A stretch of 64,000 bases of DNA, from contig JAUCBJ010002864.1 in NCBI GenBank assembly GCA_032718475.1, positions 1 through 64,000 on the forward strand, given 5' to 3'. The position numbers were made by a program, and so were the translations under genes. The stretch is from Nemertoderma westbladi (lineage: Eukaryota > Animalia > Xenacoelomorpha). The notes under the pieces were generated by a model, which saw nothing but the letters and a program-made list of their open reading frames with translations, searched no databases and was not told where the DNA came from. Positions 25,454 to 38,000 of this stretch are shown here, in pieces; position 1 is the first letter of the stretch; each line of letters starts with the position of its first letter.

Positions 25454-25499
25454 CATGACCTACTAAAGTTTAAGGCCTACTATGGTTTAGTAGGTCATG
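25454..25499. mobile_element. 46-bp P-element-like mini-element with 7-bp TSD
   Basis: CATGACCTACTAAA ... TTTAGTAGGTCATG flanked by AATTAAC on both sides. Confidence 0.82.
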
Positions 25500-25669
25500 A
25501 ATTAACTCATTATGAATAGCTGAATAATGCTCTGGAAACTATGTAAACCTTTCTATCATTTATGTCATGCTTTATTATTCTGGTCAACGAAACACGGTTC
25601 CTTACAACATCGAATCCGAAAACAACTGGTATCTTTGTTGTAAGGTGATGTATGACCCACAGTTTCACT

Positions 25670-26875
25670 AGTTACTAGGATCGGCATGCTGCATTGCAGC
25701 TGCATTTTTAAGAATGCTGTGCCGGCTTGTCGACAAAAATTGTGCCGCCACAACTCCCTACCACCCATGACATTTGCTAGATCATCCACATCATCTTCAG
25801 CTTGTTGCCCAATTGTCTTCTTCTTTGGATGATAAACATTAAAAAAAAATGTTCAAGTCCAGTGTCCTTTAAGATGCGTCTCAAGAAAGTCATGGGCTGT
25901 CCACCATGCTTATTCACTCCATGAGGCTGCCAAAGCACAAGATTATACACAGGCTGGTCCTCACGGCGAAAGCAATGTCCTGCAAAGAGGAGGCGACTTT
26001 GTTCTAGTGTCAAGCAAGTAGAAGCAATTATCCTTTTAAGTGCCAAAATGGGCTCCATGGTCTCACGACCTTTACGGAACCCATTCTGATTTCCACGGAG
26101 CAGTCTCTTAATGGGATCCCTGATGCGATTTAATATAATTCTATTGTATAGTTTTGCAGCAATCGAGATTAATGAGATTCCCCGAAAAGAACCATAGAGT
26201 GTTAGGTTGCCCTTCTTGGGAACTGGCACCAACTTATTTGTTTTCATTTCTTGTGGGACTTGTTGTTCTGTACATGTCTACTATGATGGGATAGAAGAGC
26301 TTTAAACACTCAGGTATTTTAAAGATCTCAGGGGGAACACAATCTACTCCACTGGCATAATTGGTCGCAATGCTCTTTGCACCAGCCTTCACTTCTGCAA
26401 AGGAGATATCGTCAATGGGAATATCTGGGTGTACAGACTCAGACACTTTTACTTCTATAAAGTTATCAGGCAATACCCTGTCATTATTGAGGAACTTTTC
26501 CACCCAGTAAACAAGTTGATCGATTTCCATGCCTGGGATGATTGCCTGTTGTTGTCAGCATCATTGATGGCATCAACCTGTTGGTTTATTAGCACATGCA
26601 GATTAACAGAGTACTGCCTGTTCAGGGACCTAGATGCAGCCTTAACTGCATTCTTGGTCGCTGTAGTCTGTTTAAGTCAGGACTCTTTCTGCGACTTTTC
26701 TGTGTGGTCAGTCCAGGGGGCCCTTTTCCTGTTTTGGGGGTATACAGGAACTGTTTCTGCAGCTGCTAACTTAACTGCTTCCTCGCAGTGATCTGCCGCC
26801 TCAGAGGCAAGAACCTCATACCTGTTGCTCAGCTGTAGTGTGAAGCTGGATCTCACACTTGGCTTCCCACTGCGC
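25670..26875 (-). mobile_element. Internally deleted RTE-like LINE
   Basis: RT N-terminus (PVPKKGNL..FRGISLISIAAKLYNR..NQNGFRKGR) joins directly to the C-terminal RLLFAGHCFRR..LVLWQPHG segment; TAG-like tail. Confidence 0.85.
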
Positions 26876-27039
26876 TAAGAGAAAGCTTATCTGCTGAAAG
26901 CTTATCACACCGTTTCAGATCAAGTATGTACCATATGGTGTAGTTTTTAGGCTACAACGAATCCGTAGCAGTAAGATAAAGTGCTTCTCAAGAAGCACTT
27001 TATCACTTTTGGCCCAGCTGTTAAAGCTTTGCTTTAAGC

Positions 27040-27240
27040 TTTGCATGACATTGCTTTCGCCGTGAGGACCAGCCAGTGCATAATCTTGTACTTTGGCAGC
27101 CTCATGGAGTGAATAAGCATGGTGGACAGCCCATGACTTTCTTAAGACGCATCTTAGATGCGGATGATCTAGCAAATGTCATGGGTGATAGGGAGTTGTG
27201 GCGGCTCAATTTTGTCGACATGACCACACAGCATTCTTAA
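27040..27240 (+). mobile_element. RTE-like LINE 3' fragment interrupted by the Helitron (resumes at about 29180-29225)
   Basis: Matches 31610-31826; the remaining TGCAGCATGCCG..TAGTAGTA tail reappears just after the Helitron end. Confidence 0.8.
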
Positions 27241-27244
27241 TATA

Positions 27245-29163
27245 TCTAATATATATAAATATCGATTGTCTGTCTGTCTGTCTGTGTGTCTGTTTGTCAT
27301 CGGCTATACAATCGAACCCATCTCGATGAAATCTCGCTTGCTATATCTCGTTAGAAAGGTCTCGCCCTAACTCGTTGCAACGTAATACTCAGAGCCGTCT
27401 GAAGTTCGCCCGTCTGCCGCTAGAGGGCGATTTTCGTGATTTTCGGGCGAAATTTATCGAATTATTTCGGTTCTTCTATCGGTAATTAATGATTTAGAGG
27501 GCTAACATTTATCCCACCTGGTATAAAATTAACATGGGTAGATTCGCCGTGTCCCATTCTCACAAAGTTTTTATTTTATTTGAGTGTTTAATATAAATAT
27601 GTATGATTACTTATTGATTAAAAATCAAATAGTGTATAAATATGTCATATTCGCCAAGCACGATCGAATTGGCCTATTGTTATTGAATAGGGAAGGATTG
27701 TTTTCTGTATCATAGCAACATTAAGGTAATTATTGAACTCGCAGCTAGCTGGCTGGGCACAGATAAGGAGCAAGCAGGCTGGAGTGTTGATTGGGGTGGG
27801 TTTGGGTTGTCTGTTGCGAATTGCTCAAGAGTAATTCTGCTTTCTCAATCATTGGCTGCATGGAAGGAGAGGTTTATAACATTTTTGTTTTACTGTTATG
27901 AATATTAAAAGTAAAATAATTATTTCTGTAGGCCTATACTTACTGTATTATTATTTTATCTAATATTATACATCTAATCTCGATGAAATCTCGCTTACTA
28001 TAGCTCGTTAGATAGGTCTCGCCCTAACTTGTTGCAACGTAATACTCAGAGCCGTCTGAAGTTCCCCCGTCTGCCGCTAGAGGGCGAATTATCCGATAGT
28101 GAAAACCTGATCTTATTGGGTTGTTTTTAATGCTTTTGAGCTGAAACTTGGTAGCTATATACTGCAGCATAGGCTGTATATTTCCGGAGTCACTGGGTTG
28201 TCTACAGTTCCCCAGTCTACCGTTAGAGGGCTAAATGTCTGAGAGTTAACATCTTCTCCAACTTTATTATTTACAATCCGTTTTGACTGAAACTTGGTAG
28301 GCATCTACTACGGCATAGGCTGAATCTTTACTGAGTCGCAGAGTCGTCTACAATTTCCCAGTCTACCGCTAGAGGGCGAAATGTCTGCAAGTTAACATCT
28401 TCTCCAAATTTGTTATTTATAATCCATTTAGACTGAACTTGGTAGGCATCTACTACAGCATAGGCTATATCTTTACTGAGTCGCGCAGAGTTGTCTACAG
28501 TACCCGCTTCTGCCGCTAGAGGGCGAAATGTATGAAAGTTAACATCTTCTCCAACTTGTTATTTACAATCCTTTTAGACTGAAACTTGGTAGGCATCTAC
28601 TATAGCATAGGCTATATCTTTGCGGAGTAGTAGAGTCGTCTACAGTTCCACAGTCAGCCGCAAGAGGGCGAATTGTCTGATAGTGAAAACCTCATCCCAT
28701 TTGGTTCTTTTTAATCCCTTTGAGCTGAAACTTGGCAGGAATCTACTACAGCATATTCTGTATCTTTACGGAGTCCCAGAGTCGTCTACAGTTCTTCAGT
28801 CTACCGCTAGAAGTCTGAATGTGAACATCTACACCAATTTTGTTATTTACAATCTGTTTAAGCTGAAACTTGAAAGGCAGGCATTTTACTTCACCATAAA
28901 CCCCATCTTTACCAAACTGCAGCGCCGTCTACATTTCACCAGTCCGCAGGTAGAGGGTGGATCTGAAAGTGATCATTTTCTGGAAATTTTGTTATTTACA
29001 ATCTGCCTAAAGTTGAAACTTGACAGTTATCTCTTATGGGGGTGGTGTTTTATTTAATGATGGTGTCTGTTCCGTATGCAGTTCTCCAATCTCCCACACA
29101 TATTCATATATCATCTGCACGTGCACTAGAAAGCTGTGGCCCGAAGGGCCACAGGCTTTCTAG
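27245..29163 (+). mobile_element. Canonical non-autonomous Helitron
   Basis: A|TC 5' end (TCTAATATATATAAA), (TGTC)n microsatellite, internal repeats, 3' hairpin TGTGGCCC-GAA-GGGCCACA, then CTAG|T; no TSD. Confidence 0.9.
28040..28960 (+). repeat. About 146-bp tandem repeat inside the Helitron, each unit with a CTCF-like motif
   Basis: CCGCTAGAGGGCG or variants at 28074, 28220, 28366, 28513 and 28658 (degenerate at 28804), plus one at 27417. Confidence 0.85.
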
Positions 29164-29444
29164 TAAGTAATATATATAAACTGCAATATTAACTGAAATG
29201 CAGCATGCCGGTAAAGTAGTAGTATATAACACATTGTGTAACCAATTGTGTTACCATGCAGACAGCCCGCATTCACTATAACTGCAGCATTAATTAATCA
29301 CAATAATTTTATTTGTCACTAAAAAACAATAAATTGCCTTTTCGACTCAATTTAAAAATTTATGTATTCCTCCACTAAAATATATTACTTATAAATGTTT
29401 TAATTATCAAATATTTAACTGTAACCTGCCTGCCCTTGCCGCTA

Positions 29445-29835
29445 TTTAGTGATAATTAACATCTTTGCGTGATAATTAGTATATTTTAGTGGTAATTAAT
29501 ATATCTTTGTGATAATTAATATATTTTAGTGATAATTAATATATTTTAGTGATAATTAATATATTTTAGTGATAATTAATATATTTTAGTGATAATTAAT
29601 ATATTTTAGTGATAATTAATCTATTTTAGTGATCTGATAATTAATATATTTTAGTGATCTGATAATTAATATATTTTAGTGGTAATTAATATATTTTAGT
29701 GGTAATTGATATATTTTAGTGGTAATTGATATACTTAGTGATAATTATTATATTTTAGTGATAATTATATGTTTTACTGATAATTTATAGATTTAGTGGT
29801 AATTAATAGATTTAGTGGTGATAAATATATATAGT
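29445..29835. repeat. AT-rich 20-bp minisatellite (TATTTTAGTGATAATTAATA)n
   Basis: Direct tandem copies with a homogeneous core and diverged edges. Confidence 0.95.
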
Positions 29836-30434
29836 GGAAACTGAATATTTTTGAATTTTCTTTTAAAATTGAGTGAAATTATGTATATTTTGTGGGGGTC
29901 GATAAATGAATGCCTAATTAATTTCACAAAATTAACATGTAATTTTACTCACCTTATATGTCTGAAATGAAGAGTGAATGAAATGTCTGAATGAAGAGAA
30001 GTATTTCTCACTATGAATATAACATAGACAAAGTGAAGTGATTTGTTTATGATTATTATTTGTTCAACTTACGTAAGATTTATGGAACATTTCTAACTGG
30101 GCACCTGCGAATGGCATTCTCTGATTGGTCCGTTACAGCGTGTGCTGATTGGTGGATGCTTACTGCCTCATGTTCCAGATTATTTGTATCTCATACAAAA
30201 TCATAGCATTGATAAGAAGAATACTTTTCAAGAGTAATTAAATATGCGATATTGGGAATTTGAATTGTAATCCCGAGAGATAGAACATCACCGCATTGGG
30301 GTACTTAATTAGTAAAATATTAATAGAATTAAATCACAGTGCTTAAATGTAACTTTACAAGTCAGTTTGCAATGCTGAAAAATAACTAAATAACTAAACT
30401 AATGATAAATAAAGTATATAAAATAAAATGTCAC

Positions 30435-32070
30435 CATGACCTACTAAACCACGACCTGCCAAGCTGCAGCAGCACCACTAAATTAGTGGGCCGATTGATT
30501 TTTAGATGGATAAATGTGAATAAGTATATATAACTACTACTATACTATAGAATTGGCACCTCCAATGTAAACTGACAAGTTTCAAGAATTATATTGTTGC
30601 TAATTAGGAAAAGTATAATGTATTGAATTTATAAAATAATCGGTGCTTTCCTGTAACCACCCCCCCCCCCCCCCCCCCCCCATCTGATGTTAAATTCCTT
30701 TCCTGATGTTAAAACTATGCTGTTATTGACAGCATTGTGCGTTAAGTAGCACTTTTTCACAGCATTTATGGCACTGGGTGATTTTTTCATGAACGAGCAA
30801 AGCGAGCAAGTGCAAGCAATAAAGAAAACCAGGATTGTATGATGAATATGAATCACTTCTTACAAAACTCATAACAATATAAACATAAACACAAAAGATT
30901 TTTCGAATATAAACTTTTGACAATTATAATTATTATTGACATTGTATTACTATAACTATAAGTCCTTATTTCGTTGTCTCAATTTAAATTTTATAATTTG
31001 GTTTTCCCGCACACTTTGTGATTCATTTATGAATTTGTTTTTCCCGAACACATTTACTGCCGTCAAGAAGACAACAGATTTATTGGACAATTCGTGCGCT
31101 TTACAACCAAATCGCAGGTCATAACTCCCTCAGAAGTTCTCTAAGAGTACAAGAGCTGCGTTACGATAGTGTTTCATACTTTCGAGATACTTTTCCACAG
31201 CTGATAGAACTTTGAAGCACTCTGTAACAAGACAGTTCAGTTTAATCGGGAGTATAGTGAGTTTACCTCGGTTTAGAAGTTTGTAATAGCTACAATCCAT
31301 TATCAGATCTGTTTGTAACAGCGTTTTACAATCCAGGCATGAGGTCTTAGCGAGCTTGTGAGCTGTATAGCCACTAATACAAACTATAATTTTTTTAGTT
31401 GTGGAATCAAACTCGGAAATATCAAGGTTTGCATCTTCGATAACCTTAATTAACTCATCACACGATTCCGCGTCATTGCGAGAATACTTATAATAACTTG
31501 CGAGTAATCAATGTTAGCTTTCAGAAGTGATCTAATCTGGAGTATCTTTTCTGATTGCAGTGCTTCTTTGTGATCTACCACCATTCAAAAAAAAAAAATC
31601 GCCTCTGCTTTGCAGGACATTGCTTTCGCCGTGAGGACCAGCCAGTGCATAATCTTGTACTTTGGCAGCCTCATGGAGTGAATAAGCATGGTGGACAGCC
31701 CATGACTTTCTTGAGACGCATCTTAAAGGACACTGGCCTTAAAGATGCGGATGATCTAGCAAATGTCATGGGTGATAGGGAGTTGTGGCGGCGCAATTTT
31801 GTTGACAAGCCGGCACAGCATTCTTAAAAATGCAGCTGCAATGCAGCATGCCGATCCTAGTAGTAGTACCACCATTCATCTGCCTATAGCAGCCATAACC
31901 TCGCTCTACCTTGTCACTCTGCAGTTTTCGAGTTAGAACATAGTCATAGGAGTCAGAACTCGGTAGGCTGGTGAATATATCAGCAATAGCATTATTTGTA
32001 CAAACAAATGCAGATCGTGTTTGTGCAGTTAACATACGTTTACTAGAAATGGAATAATTTAACCACACTG
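30435..32070 (-). mobile_element. P-element/THAP9-like transposon remnant (transposase C-terminal part plus one TIR)
   Basis: YVLTRKLQSDKVERGYGCYRQMNGG, ISGYTAHKL..SCLDC and LLNRGKLTIL match the P-family C-terminus; terminus CATGACCTACTAAACCA at 30435. Confidence 0.8.
31588..31866 (+). mobile_element. RTE-like LINE 3' end inserted in the P-like transposase
   Basis: RLCFAGHCFRREDQPVHNLVLWQPHG; (TAG)n tail; 12-bp TSD TACCACCATTCA at 31576-31587 and 31867-31878. Confidence 0.9.
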
Positions 32071-35000
32071 ATAAATTCCAAATTCCGAAGAAATTGCTGT
32101 AATTACTGTAAGAAATTACTGTAGGCCATAGCTAATGAATGAATCAATTATAATAATAATTATGAATAATTATTAATTCCCTAAAATTATTAGGAACCGA
32201 GAGGTTCATTACTGTAAGAATTGCTCGAGACTGGCTGGCTGACTGACTGACTGATTGACTGACTGACTGACTGACTAATCTCTAGCCAAAACCACTCTAA
32301 CGATTTTGATAAAATTTTCACAGCGGCTTGATACCGCGATTTTAAGGTCCCTGGCATGATCGGCTACTCCGTCCATAGCCTCTGGGCTCGAAAAATTGAG
32401 ATAAACGAAAAAACGCCATAGGCGCAATGGTAAAATAACACCAATAACAGCTGGTTTCGTGATGAAAAATGGCTTATGTAATGGATTTCTACACAAGGCT
32501 TAGTATAAATCGATGAGGTTGCCAAGAATATTGTACTTAGTACACCCATACTGTTTGTTTAGGCCCTAGGACACTCTGTCAAAGCAAATATTAACTGGTT
32601 GGTTTAGTTTGAAATCTAATATCGCCTCAGCTGAATTACTCTTCCCAATGCAATCTATGGAAATATCTCACTCTGCTAATGTAAGCTGAATGACTGTTAC
32701 GTACACAGTGAGTTGGCTACATTAATGCCAACATTATTGCAAAATGTTTTATTGTTGGATTACTCTCTGTCAGTCACCCCTTCAGAACATTGTATAGGGA
32801 ATTTACTTTAGTTTACTCTACTGTGCCATTCAGCTGAATGGATTTGAGCGATTGCCAAGTTACAGAGTTGGATCATTCTCTGACCATAGGCAAATACATC
32901 AAATCTTTTTAAGAATATACTTTTTCCATGTTTTTTTTTCTGACCAAAAATTTCAAAAAAATTTTTTCGTAGCCAGTACTGCCAATCGATTCGCCATCAA
33001 AAATAACGCAAAAAATTTTTTTTGCAAAATTTTAAATTACTGTAAATTTTTGGCGACTGGGGGGGGTCAATTTTTTTCGATCCGCTATAACTCCGGAACG
33101 CTTTGTCCAAATTCGATGGGGTTTTCATTTTTCAACTTAATTCGATGTCCTCTTTCAGCCTATCCATGTTTCGAAACCCCAAACAGCGCCGTTCAAAAAT
33201 TATTTTTTTCTAGTTCTAGAATTTTACAAATTTCAAAAAAGTTGCAGTATTTTATTAACGCCTTTACGGAATTCGATAGCGTTTTCGATTTTTATATTAA
33301 ACGCAATATCCTGAATCTCACTAGCCTAGTTTCGCGTCACCAATGCCAAGACTTCATACTTTTTGAGGAAAATTTTTCTAGAATAATTTTTATTTAATTA
33401 CATTTATCGCGATTTCTTATTACTGGTTGCACATGAATTGATGGAGTTTTCAATTTATTAACTAAACACGATATCGCGCATCGCACCAGCGTGGTTTCGA
33501 AATTACCAAAACGAGGTCTTCACTAGTTGCAGGTCGATTTTGTTCTAGAATTGAGCAACTAATAATATATCGAATTTATTAATAATTATTGTATGAAATA
33601 TGATTGTATTTTTACATAACTATTAGTTCTATACTAATTCTCGTTGTCTCTTTTATTTAAAATAAAAAGTCGGTTCCTTATCGGGCCGCTAGGCCCGTCA
33701 CTAGTCATACCTGGAAGGATTGCTCGAGACTGGCTGGCTGGCTGACTGACTGACTGAATGACTGACTGACTGACTGACTAATCTACAGCCAAAACTACTC
33801 TAACGATTTTGATGAAATTTTCACAGCGGCTAGATACCGCGATTCTAAGGTCCCTGGTATGTTCCGCTATTTCGTCCATGAGCCGTGGGCTCGAAAAATA
33901 GACATAAACGAAAAAACGCCATAGGCGCAATGGTAAAATAACACCCATGACAGCTGGTGTCGTGATGAAAAATGGCTTATGTAATGCATTTCTACAGAAG
34001 GCTTAGTAATAAATCGATGAGGTTGCCAAGATTATTACACTCAGTACACCCATACTGTTTGTATAGGCCACCACTCTCTGTCAAAGCAAACATTATGAAC
34101 TGGTTGGTTTAGTTTGAAATCTAATATCGCCTCAGCTGAATTACTCTTCCCAATGCAATCTATGGGAATATCTCACTCTGCTAATGTAAGCTGAATGACT
34201 GTTACACAGTGAGTTGGCTACATTAATGCCAACATTATTGCAAAATGTTTTATTGTTGGATTACTCTCTGTCAGTCACCCCTTCAGAACATTGTATAGGG
34301 AATTTACTTTAGTTTACTCTACTGTGCCATTCAGCTGAATGGATTTGAGCGATTGCCAAGTTACAGAGTTGGATCATTCTCTGACCATAGGCAAAGACAT
34401 CAAATCTTTTTAAAAATATACTTTTTCCATGTTTTTTTTTCTGACCAAAAATTTCAAAAAAAAATTTTTCGTAGCCAGTACTGCCAATCGATTCGCCATC
34501 AAAAATAACGCAAAAAAATTTTTTTGCAAAATTTTAAATTACTGTAAATTTTTGGCGACTGGGGGGGGTCAATTTTTTTCGATCCGCTATAACTCCGGAA
34601 CGCTTTGTCCAAATTCGATGGGGTTTTCATTTTTCAACCTAATTCGATGTCCTCTTTCAGCCTATCCATGTTTCGAAACCCCAAACAACGCCGTTCAAAA
34701 ATTATTTTTTTATAGTTCTAGAATTTTACAAATTTCAAAAAAGTTGCAGTATTTTATTAACGCCTTTACGGAATTCGATAGCGTTTTCGATTTTTATATT
34801 AAACGCAATATCCTGAATCTCACTAGCCTAGTTTCGCGTCACCAATGCCAAGACTTCATACTTTTTGAGGAAAATTTTTCTAGAATAATTTTTATTTAAT
34901 TACATTTATAGCGATTTCTTATTACTGATTGCACATGAATTGATGGAGTTTTCAATTTATTAACTAAACACGATATCGCGCATCGCACCAGCGTGGTTTC

Positions 35001-38000
35001 GAAATTCCAAAACGAGGTCTTCACTAGTTGCAGGTCGATTTTGTTCTAGAATTGAGCAACTAATAATAGATCGAATTTATTAATAATTATTGTATGAAAT
35101 ATGATTGTATTTTTAGATAATTATTAGTTCTATACTAATTCTCGTTGTCTCTTTTATTTAATTAGGAACCGAGAGGTTCATTACTGTAAGAATTGCTCGT
35201 GGCTGACTGGCTGGCTGATCTACAGCCAAAACTACTCTAACGATTTTGATGAAATTTTCACAGCATCTAGATACCGCGATTCTAAGGTCCCTGGCATGAT
35301 CGGCTACTCCGTCCATAGCCTCTGGGCTCGAAAAATAGAGAACGAAAAAACGCCATAGGCGCAATAGTAAAATAACACCAATGACAGCTGGTGTCCTGAT
35401 GAAAAATGGCTTATGTAATGCATTTCTACACAAGGCTTAGTAATAAATCGATGAGGTTGCCAAGATTATTATACTCAGTACACCCATACTGTTTGTATAG
35501 GCCACCACTCTCTGTCAAAGCAAACATTAACTTGTTGGTTTAGTTTGAAATCTAATATCGCCTCAGCTGAATTACTCTTCCCAATGCAATCTATGGGAAT
35601 ATCTCACTCTGCTAATGTAAGCTGAATGACTGTTAAGTACACAGTGAGTTGGCTACATTAATGCCAACATTATTGCAAAATGTTTTATTGTTGGATTACT
35701 CTCTGTCAGTCTCCCCTTCAGAACATTGTATAGGGAATTTACTTTAGTTTACTCTACTGTGCCATTCAGCTGAATGGATTTGAGCGATTGCCAAGTACAG
35801 AGTTGGATCATTCTCTGACCATAGGCAAAGACATCAAATCTTTTTTAAAATATACTTTTTCCATGTTTTTTTTCTGACCAAAAATTTCAAAAAAAAAATT
35901 TTTTGTAGCCAGTACTGCCAATCGATTCGCCATCAAAAATAACGCAAAAATTTTTTTTTGCAAAATTTTAAATTACTGTAAATTTTTGGCGACTGGGGGG
36001 GGTCAATTTTTTTCGATTCGCTATAACTCCGGAACGCTTTGTCCAAATTCGATGGGGTTTTCATTTTTCAACTTAATTCGATGTCCTCTTTCAGCCTATC
36101 CATGTTTCGAAACCCCAAACAACGCCGTTCAAAAATTATTTTTTTCTAGTTCTAGAATTTTACAAATTTCAAAAAAGTTGCAGTATTTTATTAACGCCTT
36201 TACGGAATTCGATAACGTTTTCGATTTTTATATTAAACGCAATATCCTGAATCTCACTAGCCTAGTTTCGCGTCACCAATGCCAAGACTTCATACTTTTT
36301 GAGGAAAATTTTTCTAGAATAATATTTATTTAATTACATTTATCGCGATTTCTTATTACTGGTTGCACATGAATTGATGGAGTTTTCAATTTATTAACTA
36401 AACACGATATCGCGCATCGCACCAGCGTGGTTTCGAAATTACCAAAACGAGGTCTTCACTAGTTGCAGGTCGATTTTGTTCTAGAATTGAGCAACTAATA
36501 ATATATCGAATTTATTAATAATTATTGTATGAAATATGATTGTATTTTTACATAACTATTAGTTCTATACTAATTCTCGTTGTCTCTTTTATTTAAAATA
36601 AAAAGTCGGTTCCTTATCGGGCCGCTAGGCCCGTCACTAGTTAGGAACCGAGAGGTTCATTACTGTAAGAATTGTTAGCTGACTGGCTGACTGACTGGCT
36701 GATCTACAGCCAAAACTACTCTAACGATTTTGATGAAATTTTCACAGCGGCTAGATACCGCGATTCTAAGGTCCCTGGTATGTTCCGCTATTTCGTCCAT
36801 GAGCCGTGGGCTCGAAAAATGGACATAAACGAAAAAACGCCATAGGCGCAATGGTAAAATAACACCAATGACAGCTGGTGTCCTGATGAAAAATGGCTTA
36901 TGTAATGCATTTCTACAGAAGGCTTAGTAATAAATCGATGAGGTTGCCAAGATTATTATACTCAGTACACCCATACTGTTTGTATAGGCCACCACTCTCT
37001 GTCAAAGCAAACATTATTAACTGGTTGGTTTAGTTTGAAATCTAATATCGCCTCAGCTGAATTACTCTTCCCAATGCCATCTATGGGAATATCTCACTCT
37101 GCTAATGTAAGCTGAATGACTGTTACACAGTGAGTTGGCTACATTAATGCCAACATTATTGCAAAATGTTTTATTGTTGGATTACTCTCTGTCAGTCACC
37201 CCTTCAGAACATTGTATAGGGAATTTACTTTAGTTTACTCTACTGTGCCATTCAGCTGAATGGATTTGAGCGATTGCCAAGTTACAGAGTTGGATCATTC
37301 TCTGACCATAGGCAAAGACATCAAATCTTTTAAAAAATATACTTTTTCCATGTTTTTTTTTCTGACCAAAAATTTCTTAAAAAAATTTTCGTAGCCAGTA
37401 CTGCCAATCGATTCGCCATCAAAAATAACGCAAAAAATTTTTTTTGCAAAATTTTAAATTACTGTAAATTTTTGGCGACTGGGGGGGGTAAATTTTTTTC
37501 GATCCGCTATAACTCCGGAACGCTTTGTCCAAATTCGATGGGGTTTTCATTTTTCAACTTAATTCGATGTCCTCTTTCAGCCTATCCATGTTTCCAAACC
37601 CCAAACAGCGCCGTTCAAAAATTAATTTTTTCCAGTTCTAGAATTTTACAAATTTCAAAAAAGTTGCAGTATTTTATTAACGCCTTTACGGAATTCGATA
37701 GCGTTTTCGATTTTTATATTAAACGCAATATCCTGAATTGGATTACTCTCTGTCAGTCTCCCCTTCAGAACATTGTATAGGGAATTTACTTTAGTTTACT
37801 CTACTGTGCCATTCAGCTGAATGGATTTGAGCGATTGCCAAGTTACAGAGTTGGATCATTCTCTGACCATAGGCAAAGACAAATCTTTTAAAAATATACT
37901 TTTTCCATGTTTTTTTCTGACCAAAAATTTCAAAAAAAAATTTTTCGTAGCCAGTACTGCCAATCGATTCGCCATCAAAAATAACGCAAAAAATTTTTTT

